Shown piece by piece: positions 8,826-19,213 of a DNA stretch of 64,000 bases. The notes under the pieces are model-generated. The model did no database searches. It saw only the letters and a list, made by a program, of their open reading frames with translations, and was not told where the DNA came from. How positions within the stretch are numbered: the stretch's first letter is position 1; each line of letters begins with the position of its first letter. Made by a program: the position numbers and the translations under genes. The stretch is from Dehalococcoidia bacterium (GTDB taxonomy: Bacteria > Chloroflexota > Dehalococcoidia > Plut-88900), in the NCBI GenBank assembly GCA_965207225.1, contig CBDBLV010000005.1, positions 1,248,001 to 1,312,000 of the forward strand, given 5' to 3'.

Positions 8826-11084
8826 CTAAACCCCGTTCTTCCCCTTGATCCCCTTCAACACCGCCCCCGGCGACATCGGCAACTCCCGGAACCTCACACC
8901 CGTGGCCTTGTGAATCGCATTCGCCAGTGCAGCCAGCGCAGGCACGATATTCGACTCCCCCGCCCCCCTCACCCCGTACGGGTGCCCCGGATTCGCCTTC
9001 TCCACTATCACCGGATCGATCATCGGCATGTCCAGCGCCGTCGGCATCCGGTAGTCCAGAAGCGTGAAGTTCGCCATCTTCCCGTCATTGCCCATGAAGT
9101 ACTCTTCACTCAGCGCCCACCCGACTCCCTGTGTGCTCCCGCCCTGGATCTGCCCCTCCACATAGCTCGGGTGTATCGCCTTACCGACATCCTGGAACGC
9201 CGTGAACTTAAGGATGTCCACCTTCCCAGTCTCCGGGTCCACCTCCACGTCGATGATGTTCGCCGCGTATGAAGCCCCCGACCTCGTCGGGCTCACGTTC
9301 CCCCGACCCACCACCGGCCCTCCCGTCTGTCCCAGCTTCGACGCCATCTCCCTGAACGTCAGCCGCAGCTCCGGGTCCGACTTGTGTCTCACCGACCCAT
9401 CGACGTACTCCACCTGCTCCTCCTCCACCTCCCACAATATCGCCGCCCTCGAAATTAGCTGACGCCTCACGTCCATTCCTGCCTCGTAAGCCGCAATCCC
9501 CGACTTGTACGTAACCCCGCTCCCGCCCGTGGGAGACGTGAGTCCCACCTCATCCGTATCCCCGATAGTCGGGTTGACGTCCGTCACCGGTATCCCCAGC
9601 GTCTCCGCCAGCTGCTGCGCCAGAGAAGCCCTCGAACCCCCAATGTCCACCGACCCCTCAACCAGGCTCACCGTCCCGTCCGCCAGCACGTTGGCGATAG
9701 CGCACGCCGGCCCCGTGTTGTTCCGGCAGAACCCCATGCTCACCCCCCTGCCCCGGTTCTCCCCTTCTAGCGGCTCGCTGTAGTGGGGGTGGGCCATCAC
9801 CGCCTCCATCACTTCCTTCGCCCCGATGACCAGGTTCTTCACCCCGTCCGCCCTCCGGGTCCCCTCCGTCGCCACGTTCAGCAGCCGCAGCTCCATCGGG
9901 TCCATCTCCAGCTGCTCCGCTATCTCGTCCATCAGGTTCTCGACCGCCCACACCACGTTAGGCGCCCCCGGCGCCCGATAAGCTGCCGTCTTCGGCTTGT
10001 TGTCCACTATGTCGTAGGCGTCCACCAGCAGGTTCTCGATGTAGTACGGCGAAAATATCGCCGCCGCTGCCGCCGCCAATGGAGCCCCGGGAAACGCCCC
10101 CGCCTCGAACATGTACGTCGCCTTCGCCGCCGTTATCCGACCCTCCTTCGTGAACCCCAGCTTCAGCGACACCTTGCTCCCGCACGTCGGACCCGTGCTC
10201 TCGAACACCTCCGCCCGGCTCATCGTCATCTGCACCGGGTGCCCCGACTTCCTCGAAAGCACCGCCGCCACCGGCTCCAGGTACGCGCTCAGCTTCCCCC
10301 CGAACCCCCCGCCTATCTCCATCGGCACAATCTTTATCTTGGACAGCGGCAGCCCCAGTATCTGCGCCACCTGAGACTGGATAAGGAAATGTCCCTGGCT
10401 GCTGCACCAGATCGTCACCCGACCGTCCGCCGACCACGATGCCGTCGCATTCTGCGGTTCGATATACCCCTGGTGTACCGACTTGTTCCTGTATTCCCTC
10501 TCAATCACCGCGTCCGCCTCGGCAAACCCCTTCTCCATGTCCCCGAATGCGTGCTGGACGTGGTCCGCCACGTTCGGCCCGTCTAGCCCGTTCTCGCTCG
10601 CCCCGTTCTTCGGCCAGTGCTCGTGGAGTACCGGCGCCCCTTCCTTTATCGCCTCCTCCAGGCTTATAGTCCACGGTAGCTGCTCGTATTCAACCTCCAG
10701 CAGCGCCAGCGCCTCTTCCGCCGCCAGCGCGCTCGTCGCTGCCACCGCCGCCACCGGGTGCCCCTTGTACAGCGCCTTCCCCCGAGCCATTATGTTGTCC
10801 GAGACCGGCTTCGGGAACACGTTCTCCCGGGTCACGAGGCCCGGGTCCGGCAGGTCTCCCGACGTCGCCACCGACCTCACGTCCGGGTGCGCCTCGGCCT
10901 TCGACGTGTCAATCGAAATGATCCGGGCGTGGGGATGAGGACTCCTCAGCACCTTCCCGTACAGCATCCCCGGCAGCTTCAGGTCCGCCCCGTACATCGC
11001 CCTCCCGATAACCTTGTCCACCCCATCGTGCCTGATCGGCCTCGTGCCTATGACTTTGTATTCCGGCTCGGCGGTCGTCGTCAT
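8826..11084 (-). CDS. xanthine dehydrogenase family molybdopterin-binding (large) subunit
   Basis: IGGGFGGK, AYRAPG, EGQIQGG, DYRMPT and RGAGE motifs; start MTTTAEPE. Confidence 0.92.
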   Translation of the reverse strand: MTTTAEPEYKVIGTRPIRHDGVDKVIGRAMYGADLKLPGMLYGKVLRSPHPHARIISIDTSKAEAHPDVRSVATSGDLPDPGLVTRENVFPKPVSDNIMARGKALYKGHPVAAVAATSALAAEEALALLEVEYEQLPWTISLEEAIKEGAPVLHEHWPKNGASENGLDGPNVADHVQHAFGDMEKGFAEADAVIEREYRNKSVHQGYIEPQNATASWSADGRVTIWCSSQGHFLIQSQVAQILGLPLSKIKIVPMEIGGGFGGKLSAYLEPVAAVLSRKSGHPVQMTMSRAEVFESTGPTCGSKVSLKLGFTKEGRITAAKATYMFEAGAFPGAPLAAAAAAIFSPYYIENLLVDAYDIVDNKPKTAAYRAPGAPNVVWAVENLMDEIAEQLEMDPMELRLLNVATEGTRRADGVKNLVIGAKEVMEAVMAHPHYSEPLEGENRGRGVSMGFCRNNTGPACAIANVLADGTVSLVEGSVDIGGSRASLAQQLAETLGIPVTDVNPTIGDTDEVGLTSPTGGSGVTYKSGIAAYEAGMDVRRQLISRAAILWEVEEEQVEYVDGSVRHKSDPELRLTFREMASKLGQTGGPVVGRGNVSPTRSGASYAANIIDVEVDPETGKVDILKFTAFQDVGKAIHPSYVEGQIQGGSTQGVGWALSEEYFMGNDGKMANFTLLDYRMPTALDMPMIDPVIVEKANPGHPYGVRGAGESNIVPALAALANAIHKATGVRFRELPMSPGAVLKGIKGKNGV

Positions 11085-11267
11085 CTGGTAAACCTCGCTG
11101 AAATCGGGCCCCTCGGCCCTCTGCATAACGGCGCCCCCATTCTACCACGACTCCTTACCCCCTCCCCGGATCAGCGGGTACGCTCATGCTGAGGCTACTC
11201 GAAGTATGAGCGGGGGGAGGCCCGCACTCCTCAAATTCATCGCCTGGACTCAACCCCTCCCCCCCAC

Positions 11268-11296
11268 TTGACACCCCACCCCTCTGTAGCTACTCT
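11268..11296 (+). promoter_or_regulatory. sigma70-type promoter of the metal ABC operon
   Basis: TTGACA-N17-TACTCT. Confidence 0.65.
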
Positions 11297-11303
11297 TACG
11301 TCC

Positions 11304-11317
11304 TGCAATCTATTGCA
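11304..11317. promoter_or_regulatory. palindromic operator, putative Fur/Zur/Mur-family site
   Basis: TGCAAT-CT-ATTGCA at the predicted transcription start. Confidence 0.55.
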
Positions 11318-11349
11318 ACAGCAAGCTATCGCATCAAGGCGCGTCTCCA

Positions 11350-12357
11350 ATGCTCAAACTCCCCACACTAACAGCCCTGCTCGTCGCACTTCTCTCCCTC
11401 ATCCTCGCCTGCACCGACACCCCCACCCCACCCCCCGACCCCGCCAAACTCAACGTCGTCACCACCGTCGCACCCATCACCAGCATCGTCGAAAACATCG
11501 GCGGCGACCGCATCCTCCTCCAGGGCATCGTCCCCGAGGGCACCAACTCCCACACCTTCTCCCCCTCCCCCTCCGTGGCCGCCACCCTCGCCCAGGCCGA
11601 CCTCATCATCGCCAACGGACTCTTCCTCGAAGAGCCCACCCTCAACCTCGCCGAGAGCTCAAAGAAAGACAACACCCCCGTCCTCCTCCTCGGCGACAAC
11701 ACCATCTCCCGGGACCAGTGGGCCTTCGACTTCTCCTTCCCCGAGTCCGAAGGCCACCCAAACCCCCACCTCTGGCCCGACCCCATCCTCGCCCTCCGCT
11801 ACGCCCAGCTCGCCCGCGATGCCCTCGTAGACTTGGATTCATCCAACGAGACCTACTACGACACGAACCTCGCCGCCTTCACCGCGCGCATAGATGACCT
11901 TGACACTGCCATCCGACAGGCCGTCGAGACCATCCCCCCCGACAACCGCCGCCTCCTCACCTACCACGACTCCTGGGCCTACTTCGCCCGCACCTACGGC
12001 TTTGAGGTCATCGGCGCCATCCAGCCCTCCGACTTCAGCGAGCCCTCCCCCCAGGAAATGGGCCGCATCATCCTCCACATCCGCGAGCTTGAGGTTCCCG
12101 CCGTCTTCGGCTCCGAGGTCTTCCCCAGCGACGCCCTCGAGCAGATCGCCAGGGAGTCCGGCGCCCGGTACAGCGACGAACTCGCCGACGACGACCTACC
12201 CGGCGCCCCCGGAGACCCCGACCACTCCTATCTCGGCCTGATGATTCAGAATATGACCGTCATGGTTGGAGCCCTCGGCGGCGACGTGTTACCCTTCGAC
12301 GGCTTGGACCCGTCCCACGTCTTCGAAGGCGTTTCCACCGCCGTCTACCCCCAATAG
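11350..12357 (+). CDS. Zn/Mn ABC transporter substrate-binding lipoprotein
   Basis: Lipobox ILAC; NSHTF, NPHLW and TYHDSW metal-ligand motifs. Confidence 0.92.
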   Translation: MLKLPTLTALLVALLSLILACTDTPTPPPDPAKLNVVTTVAPITSIVENIGGDRILLQGIVPEGTNSHTFSPSPSVAATLAQADLIIANGLFLEEPTLNLAESSKKDNTPVLLLGDNTISRDQWAFDFSFPESEGHPNPHLWPDPILALRYAQLARDALVDLDSSNETYYDTNLAAFTARIDDLDTAIRQAVETIPPDNRRLLTYHDSWAYFARTYGFEVIGAIQPSDFSEPSPQEMGRIILHIRELEVPAVFGSEVFPSDALEQIARESGARYSDELADDDLPGAPGDPDHSYLGLMIQNMTVMVGALGGDVLPFDGLDPSHVFEGVSTAVYPQ

Positions 12358-12365
12358 GAGGCCGA

Positions 12366-13229
12366 TTGCTCCACCCCGGCGCCCCTCGCCCTGCCGCTGG
12401 TACGCCCATCGTGGCCTTGGACAACGTGACCTGCGGCTATGATGGTCAGCCCGTCCTCTCCGGGATGGACCTGCAGATCATGCCCGGCGACTTCGTCGGC
12501 TTCCTCGGCCCCAGCGGCACCGGCAAGAGCACCGTCCTCCGCGTCATCCTCGGCGCCGTCCGGCTCTTCTCCGGCACGGTCCTCATCGACGGCGTCCCCC
12601 TCGGCCCGAGAAGCCCCAACGTCGGCTACGTCCCCCAGCTGGAGACCATCAACTGGGACTTCCCCGTCATCGTCCGGGAAGTCGTCCTCATGGGCGCTTC
12701 CATGCGCAAGCCCCTCCTCCCGTGGCACTCCCCCCGGCAGGTCACCCACGCCGAGGAGATCATGTCTCGACTCGGTATCCGACATCTCGCCGGCAGGCAC
12801 ATCAGGCAGCTGTCCGGCGGCGAGCAGCAGCGCGCCTTCCTGGCCCGGGCCCTCATCAGCAACCCCAGGCTCCTTCTCCTCGACGAACCCGCCGCCGGAG
12901 TCGACATCAAGACCCGAGACGAGGTCATGCACCTCCTCCACGAGCTTAATCATCAGGGCGTCACCATCCTCATGACCACCCATGAGATTAACTCCGTCGC
13001 CGCCCACCTCCCCCGGGTCGTGTGTCTCAACGGCGGCATCGTCGCCCAGGGCCCTCCCTCCGAGGTCTTCACACCCGACATCCTCAGCCGCACCTACGGC
13101 GCCGACTTGCCCATCATTTCCTACCAGGGCCTCACCCTCGTCGCCGAGCGCCCCCACGCCTACGGGGCCACCCGGGAAGAGCACACCATGAAGGAACCCC
13201 ACCTCCCCACCCCCACCCCCGATGCTTGA
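12366..13229 (+). CDS. Zn/Mn ABC transporter ATP-binding protein
   Basis: GPSGTGKST, LSGGEQQR and LLLLDEP. Confidence 0.93.
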   Translation: MLHPGAPRPAAGTPIVALDNVTCGYDGQPVLSGMDLQIMPGDFVGFLGPSGTGKSTVLRVILGAVRLFSGTVLIDGVPLGPRSPNVGYVPQLETINWDFPVIVREVVLMGASMRKPLLPWHSPRQVTHAEEIMSRLGIRHLAGRHIRQLSGGEQQRAFLARALISNPRLLLLDEPAAGVDIKTRDEVMHLLHELNHQGVTILMTTHEINSVAAHLPRVVCLNGGIVAQGPPSEVFTPDILSRTYGADLPIISYQGLTLVAERPHAYGATREEHTMKEPHLPTPTPDA

Positions 13230-14058
13230 GCCCTTCCAGTTCGAATTCTTCATCAAGGGCCTCGTAGCCGCCACCCTTGCCGGTGGCCTCTGCGGTCTCA
13301 TCGGCGTCTACATCGTCCTCCGCGGCATGGCCTACATCGGACACGGCCTCTCCCACGCCGTCTTCGGCGGCGCCGTCGTCAGCTACATCATGTCCATCAA
13401 CTTCTTCGTCGGCGCCAGCCTCTGGGGGTTCCTTTCCGCCCTCCTCATCTCCCTGACGACCCGAAAACGTGTCATAGGCGCCGACGCTGCAATAGGCATT
13501 ATCACCACCGCCAGCTTCGCCCTCGGCATCGCCATCATCAGCACCCAGCGCACCTTCACCCGCAGCTTCGAAGCCGCCCTCATCGGCGATATCCTAGGCG
13601 TCCAGCGCGGCGACCTCATCGCCCTCGTTGCCGTCTCCCTTGGCACCGTCTTTCTCGTCCTCGTCGGCTACAAGCTCATCCTATTCACCACCTTCGACCC
13701 CGAGGTCGCCCGCTTTTACGGCGTCCCCACCCCCTGGGTCGACACCGCCTTCTCCCTCGTACTCGCCGGCGTCATCGTCGTCTCCATGCAGATTCTCGGC
13801 GTAACCATGATCGCCGCCGCCATCGTCATCCCCCCCATCGTCGCCCGACTCATCACTAACAAGTTCTCCCACATGCTCCTCCTCTCCACAGCCATCGGCA
13901 CCTTCTGCGGCTTCTTCGGCATCTACATCAGCTACTGGGTCGACGTCTCCTCCGGCGCAACCATAGTCCTCTTCGCCGCCGCCCTATTCATGTTCGCCAT
14001 GGCCTGGAGCGCCCTACGCCCGAAACTCCCCTTCCCCCGCCGCCCCCGCACCCCCTGA
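13222..14058 (+). CDS. Zn/Mn ABC transporter permease (ZnuB/MntB-like)
   Basis: Hydrophobic; GHGLSHAVFGG and DVSSGATIV. Confidence 0.92.
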   Translation: MLEPFQFEFFIKGLVAATLAGGLCGLIGVYIVLRGMAYIGHGLSHAVFGGAVVSYIMSINFFVGASLWGFLSALLISLTTRKRVIGADAAIGIITTASFALGIAIISTQRTFTRSFEAALIGDILGVQRGDLIALVAVSLGTVFLVLVGYKLILFTTFDPEVARFYGVPTPWVDTAFSLVLAGVIVVSMQILGVTMIAAAIVIPPIVARLITNKFSHMLLLSTAIGTFCGFFGIYISYWVDVSSGATIVLFAAALFMFAMAWSALRPKLPFPRRPRTP

Positions 14059-14070
14059 CCTTTCCCATAC

Positions 14071-14190
14071 CCCAGTATTGAACTAGAGGCCCACGTGGGT
14101 GCGATGCACCCACGTGGGCCTCTGTTCTTCTCTCCCCCTCTCCCTTAATGGCCCTAAGGGAGAGGGGGATCAAGGGGGTGAGGGTTCCCC
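14071..14190 (+). repeat. 120-bp two-hairpin element, copy B
   Basis: Near-identical to 8571-8690 (loop gat instead of acc). Confidence 0.9.
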
Positions 14191-14342
14191 TGTGGGGTTG
14201 GGAGGATATCCTTCCCGGAATCAGGCCGCTCATCCTGAGCAGAGTCAAAGGATCGCCCGTGGGCGGGTCCGGGTCTGGTCATCCACCCCCCATTGGTGTA
14301 ACTTGACCCCAACACCCCTCCCCTCGGGACCAGGAGACCCAC

Positions 14343-15089
14343 ATGAAACTCAAAGACAAGGTCGCCATAATCACCGGCAGCAGCAGGGGCATCGGCAAGG
14401 GCCTCGCCATCGGCTTCGCCAAGGAAGGCGCAAAGGTCGTAGTCATGGCCCGCACCGACGCCCCCGGCCAGAGCCGGCTTCCCGGCACCATCCATGAGAC
14501 CGCCGACCAGATCCGCGCCGACGGCGGCGAGTGCCTACCCATCCGCTGCGACCTCACCAGCCCCGACGACCGCGCAGCCCTCATCCAGCAGGTCATCGAC
14601 ACCTACGGCCGCATCGACGTCCTCGTCAACAACGCCGCCATCATCCTTCACACCAGCGTCGCCGACACCACCGTCAAGCGCTGGGGCCTCATGGCCGAAA
14701 TCAACGTCCGCGCCCCCATCGAACTCTGCATGCTGGCCATCCAGCCCATGATGAAGCAGAAATCCGGCTCCATCATCAACATCAGCTCCTCCGCCGCCCA
14801 TGACCTCGACTCCCTCACCCTCTACGGCGCATCCGACGCCGCCCTCGACCGCTTCACCCAGGGCCTCGCCCTCGAAATGAAGGAGCACAACATCGCCGTA
14901 AACAGCCTCGACCCCGGCCAGGTCAAGACCGAGGGCGCCCTCTTCACCTACCCCCCCGACACCGACTGGTCGACTTGGAAGGAGCCTTCCGCAGTAGTCC
15001 CCTCTGCCGCTTACCTTGCAGGCCTTTCAGACACTTCTTTCACCGGTCGCATCGTTCAGACCGACTTCTTCGGCCAGTCCTGGCCCTAG
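14343..15089 (+). CDS. SDR family oxidoreductase
   Basis: TGSSRGIG and LVNNA; catalytic motif reads YGASD. Confidence 0.9.
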   Translation: MKLKDKVAIITGSSRGIGKGLAIGFAKEGAKVVVMARTDAPGQSRLPGTIHETADQIRADGGECLPIRCDLTSPDDRAALIQQVIDTYGRIDVLVNNAAIILHTSVADTTVKRWGLMAEINVRAPIELCMLAIQPMMKQKSGSIINISSSAAHDLDSLTLYGASDAALDRFTQGLALEMKEHNIAVNSLDPGQVKTEGALFTYPPDTDWSTWKEPSAVVPSAAYLAGLSDTSFTGRIVQTDFFGQSWP

Positions 15090-15091
15090 CC

Positions 15092-16015
15092 ATGTCTCTC
15101 CCAAATCCCGTTAGGACCGTCGTCGTCCCAGCCGCCGGATGGGGCACCCGCTTCCTGCCCGCTACCAAGTCTGTCCCCAAAGAGCTCCTGCCCATCATTG
15201 ACAAGCCCGTCATCCAGTACGGCCTTGAGGAGGCTTTGGACTCTGGCCTCTCACGCGCTATCCTCGTCAACTCTCCCGGGAAGGCTGTGCTGGACGGCTA
15301 CTTCCAACCCCGACCCGACCTCAACCACTTCCTCGCCTCGAAGCAAAAGCTGGACCTCATCTCCGGCCTCGACCGCATCACCGATAACCTCGAAATCTCC
15401 TCAGTCATTCAGCATCAGCAACTTGGCCTCGGCCACGCCGTCCTCACCGCCCGACAAGCCATCGGCCCCGAGCCCTTCGCCGTCCTCCTCCCCGACGATG
15501 TCATCACATCCAATACCCCGGCCCTTCGCCAGCTATTCGATGTCTACGACGCCCGCCAGGCCTCGGTCCTAGCAGTGCAGAAAGTCCCCAGGGACCGCAT
15601 CTCGGGCTACGGAGTAATCGACAGCGAACAGGTCGGGCCTGGTCTCCACCGGGTCAAAGCATTAGTCGAGAAGCCCGTCCCCGATGACGCCCCCTCCGAC
15701 CTCGGCATCGTCGGTCGCTACGTCCTCACCCCCGGCATCCTCCACGCCCTCGCCAGCACCCAGCCCGGCGCCCTCGGAGAAATCCAACTCACCGACGCCA
15801 TCGCCAACCTCCTCGACTCCGAACCCGTCTACGCCTTGGAGTTCGAGGGCACACGCTACGACGCAGGCAATCCCTTGGGTCTTATCCAGGCCTCGGTCTC
15901 CATCGGACTCACCCACCCTCACCTTGGCTCCGCCCTCCGGGCATTCCTCGCCAACCTTGACCTGTCTACCGGCCAGACCCGTTCCCCGACTTCCCCACCT
16001 TCAACACCGCCATGA
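15092..16015 (+). CDS. galU: UTP--glucose-1-phosphate uridylyltransferase
   Basis: [33 protein letters not shown] and GEIQLTDA. Confidence 0.95.
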   Translation: MSLPNPVRTVVVPAAGWGTRFLPATKSVPKELLPIIDKPVIQYGLEEALDSGLSRAILVNSPGKAVLDGYFQPRPDLNHFLASKQKLDLISGLDRITDNLEISSVIQHQQLGLGHAVLTARQAIGPEPFAVLLPDDVITSNTPALRQLFDVYDARQASVLAVQKVPRDRISGYGVIDSEQVGPGLHRVKALVEKPVPDDAPSDLGIVGRYVLTPGILHALASTQPGALGEIQLTDAIANLLDSEPVYALEFEGTRYDAGNPLGLIQASVSIGLTHPHLGSALRAFLANLDLSTGQTRSPTSPPSTPP

Positions 16016-17816
16016 ACGCCTCCTGCGGGATCTCCACGTTCCCCACCCGTTTCATCCGCCTCTTCCCCTCCGCCTGCTTCTGCAGCAGCTTCCTCTTTCG
16101 CGTCACGTCCCCGCCATAGCATTTCGCCAGCACGTTCTTCCGCAGTGCCTTGATCGTCTCCCGTGCAATAACCCGGCTCCCAATCGCCGCCTGTATCGGC
16201 ACGTCGAACAGCTGCCTCGGAATGATCCCCCTCAACGACTGCACCAGCGCCCGACCCCTCCGGTACGCATGATCAGAGTGTACGATGAGAGACAGCGCAT
16301 CCACCGGCTGCTCGTTCACCAGCAGGTCCAGCTTCACCAGCGGCGCCGCCTCGTAGCCCGTCAAAGCATAGTCCAGCGACGCATATCCCTTCGTCCGGGA
16401 CTTGAGCTGGTCGTAGAACTCCACCAGCATCTCAGCCAGCGGCATCTGGAACTCCAGCGACACCCTTCCATGCCCACCCGACGTCCCGTTCCCCTGCCCC
16501 GAGTGCAGGTACTCCATCTTCGAATACTTCCCTCGATGCTCCTGCACCAGCTCCATCACCGCCCCTATGAACGTGTCCGGCGTGATTATCGTCAGGTCCA
16601 GCCACGGCTCCTCTATCGACTCGACCTCGCCGCCGTGCGGCAGGTCCGTCGGCCTCTCCACCAGCACGAGTCCTCCGTTCCTCAAATTCACCCTGTACTC
16701 CACGCTCGGGGAGGTCGTGATTAGGTCCAGACCGTACTCCCTCTCCAGCCGCTCCTGCACGATGTCCATGTGCAGAAGCCCTAGGAACCCGCACCGGAAC
16801 CCGGGCCCCAGCGCCGCACTCTCTTCCGGCTCGTATGCCAGCGAAGCATCATTCAGGGTCAGCTTCTCCAACGCATCCCTCAACGACGTGTACTCCCGCG
16901 TGTCCACCGGGTACAGCCCTGAGAACACCATCGGCTTCAATGGCCTGTACCCCGGCAGCGGCTCCGACGCCGAACTCTTCGCACTCGTCAACGTATCCCC
17001 CACCCTGCACCTGCTTACCTGCTTCAACCCCGTGGCTATCCCTCCCACCTCCCCGCTCCCCAGCCGCTCCACCGCCTTGGGCCACGGGGTGAACACCGTT
17101 ACCTCCTGCCCCTCGAACCCCACCCCGTTCGACATCAGCTTCAGGTCTTCCCCGCTCCTGACCTCTCCATCGAACACCCTGACGTATGCAATAACGCCCT
17201 TGTATGAGTCATATTTCGAATCGAAGATCAACGCCCTCAAAGCCCCCGACCCATCCCTGCTCGGCGGAGGCACCCGTTCCACTATCGCATCCAGCACTTC
17301 CTTCGTCCCCAGCCCCTCCTTCGCCGACACCTGCACCACCTCCGACGGCCGGAACCCCAGCGCGTCGCACATCTCACCAATGACCCTCTCCGGCTCTGCG
17401 TTGGGCAGGTCTATCTTGTTCACTACGGGGATCAGTTCCAGGTCCTGGTCCAGCGCCATGTACACGTTGGCCAGCGTCTGCGCCTGTATCCCCTGCGAAG
17501 CATCCACCACCAGCACCGCACCCTCGCAGGCGCTCAGGCTTCGGGAGACTTCATACGTGAAGTCCACGTGCCCCGGCGTATCGATCAGGTTCAGTTCGTA
17601 GGTTTCCCCATCCTCATACCCGTAGTGGAGCCGTACCGCCTTGGCCTTGATCGTGATGCCCCGCTCCCGCTCCAGGTCCATGTCGTCCAGGAGCTGCTCC
17701 TTCATCTCCCTCTCGGATATCGTACCCGTGTACTCCAGCAGGCGGTCCGCCAGCGTGGACTTGCCGTGGTCAATGTGCGCGATGATGCAGAAATTGCGTA
17801 TATACTCGGGGTCCAT
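15966..17816 (-). CDS. lepA: translation elongation factor 4
   Basis: [31 protein letters not shown] and [14 protein letters not shown]. Confidence 0.98.
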   Translation of the reverse strand: MDPEYIRNFCIIAHIDHGKSTLADRLLEYTGTISEREMKEQLLDDMDLERERGITIKAKAVRLHYGYEDGETYELNLIDTPGHVDFTYEVSRSLSACEGAVLVVDASQGIQAQTLANVYMALDQDLELIPVVNKIDLPNAEPERVIGEMCDALGFRPSEVVQVSAKEGLGTKEVLDAIVERVPPPSRDGSGALRALIFDSKYDSYKGVIAYVRVFDGEVRSGEDLKLMSNGVGFEGQEVTVFTPWPKAVERLGSGEVGGIATGLKQVSRCRVGDTLTSAKSSASEPLPGYRPLKPMVFSGLYPVDTREYTSLRDALEKLTLNDASLAYEPEESAALGPGFRCGFLGLLHMDIVQERLEREYGLDLITTSPSVEYRVNLRNGGLVLVERPTDLPHGGEVESIEEPWLDLTIITPDTFIGAVMELVQEHRGKYSKMEYLHSGQGNGTSGGHGRVSLEFQMPLAEMLVEFYDQLKSRTKGYASLDYALTGYEAAPLVKLDLLVNEQPVDALSLIVHSDHAYRRGRALVQSLRGIIPRQLFDVPIQAAIGSRVIARETIKALRKNVLAKCYGGDVTRKRKLLQKQAEGKRRMKRVGNVEIPQEAFMAVLKVGKSGNGSGR

Positions 17817-17825
17817 TGCCCTATC

Positions 17826-18209
17826 TTACCCTTGCGTCACTCCGACCGCTTTCAGCCTCACCGCCGGCAGTTTCTTCAGACTCTCGTTGCGCGGGTCCAC
17901 CTCAATGCCTGCCGACTCCAACGCCGTCACCCCTAGCAGCGGCTCGGTATCTTCATCCCCGATTATGATAGTCGCCCCTACGAATTCTCCCATGAACTCT
18001 ACCTGGGCTGTCGTGGCATCCATGCGGATTTTACTGCCGTCAGCCATCTCGTATACCCTTTTGCCCTTGGGCTCTAGCCCAATGGACTCAAGGTGCTTCC
18101 GTGGAACCATGCAGTCCATCGCACCCGTGTCCACCAGAAACACACCTTCCCATGCCCTGTCTGGCTCAGCAGGGTTCCGAACTATGGCCGTTACGTATGT
18201 CGCTCCCAT
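17826..18209 (-). CDS. clan AA (retropepsin-like) aspartic protease
   Basis: FLVDTGA, YEMADG and EPLLGVTALE. Confidence 0.85.
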   Translation of the reverse strand: MGATYVTAIVRNPAEPDRAWEGVFLVDTGAMDCMVPRKHLESIGLEPKGKRVYEMADGSKIRMDATTAQVEFMGEFVGATIIIGDEDTEPLLGVTALESAGIEVDPRNESLKKLPAVRLKAVGVTQG

Positions 18210-18344
18210 GTCGGACGAGTTCTCCTGAACCCTTGTATGTTTCTTGTGCATGATTCCCGCTCGGCAATCAAACTAATGCCGACTCGTGACTCTGCGATGT
18301 CTCCGTTATACCACATCCGCCTCTGAGATGAGTCCCTGCGCCCA

Positions 18345-19136
18345 CTACCCCCCTCCCGTCACCTCGATCGTCGCCCCCGACACAAAGCTCGCCCCCTCCG
18401 AACACAGGAACCCGATCACCGACGCCACCTCATCCGCCCTCCCCGCCCTCCCCAGCGGTATCGACCCTATTATCCCTTCTTGCTCTTCTTCGGAAAGCGC
18501 CTTGAACCGCTCCGATACCCGTGCCCCGGGCTCAGTCACTATCACCCCCGGCATCACCGCATTCACCGTGATACCCCACGGGCCCAGGTCCTTCGCCAGC
18601 TGGTTTGTCAGCCCGATGATCCCGGCCTTCGCACCCGCATACGGGAGCCTCGCCGCCGACGGCCCCCTCGCCCCGAACGCCCCCTTCGCCGATATCGATG
18701 ACAGGTTCACTATCCTCCCAAACCTTCGCTCCTTCATCACCGGCGCCACCGCCCGACTGCATAGAAACGCACTCTTCAAATTCCCATCCGTAACCCGTTC
18801 AAAGATCTCATCCGTAACATCCTCAATATGATCGATGCCGATATGACCGCTCCCGCCCGCGTTGTTCACCAGGATATCCAGACCCCCGAATCGTTCCACC
18901 GTTCGTGCCACCATCTCCTCAACCTGCTCCGTGGAAGTCACATCAGTCTCCAGGGCCATCGTCATCTCACCCCCCGGGTCCAGCTCCGCCACCGAGGCCC
19001 GTACCTTCTTCCCCTGAACATCCGACGCGCACACCCGGCATCCCCGCCCCAGCAGCTCCGCAACCGTCGCCTTCCCGATCCCCTGGGCGCCTCCTGTAAC
19101 TATCGCTGTTTTTCCCTCTAGGTCTCTGGTCTTCAT
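18345..19136 (-). CDS. SDR family oxidoreductase
   Basis: TGGAQGIG, LVNNAG and YAGAK; start MKTRDLEGK. Confidence 0.92.
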   Translation of the reverse strand: MKTRDLEGKTAIVTGGAQGIGKATVAELLGRGCRVCASDVQGKKVRASVAELDPGGEMTMALETDVTSTEQVEEMVARTVERFGGLDILVNNAGGSGHIGIDHIEDVTDEIFERVTDGNLKSAFLCSRAVAPVMKERRFGRIVNLSSISAKGAFGARGPSAARLPYAGAKAGIIGLTNQLAKDLGPWGITVNAVMPGVIVTEPGARVSERFKALSEEEQEGIIGSIPLGRAGRADEVASVIGFLCSEGASFVSGATIEVTGGG

Positions 19137-19213
19137 TGCCACGACTGTAACCTCTCTGTAAGCCTCTCGATCAATGGGCCAACTATAATGTACCCCTAGC
19201 AGAGGGGGTAGCC

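Noticed and set aside
8826-11084. Aerobic CO dehydrogenase CoxL
   Set aside because: The motif is AYRAPG, not AYRCSFR (form I) or AYRGAGR (form II), and no coxM/coxS are adjacent.
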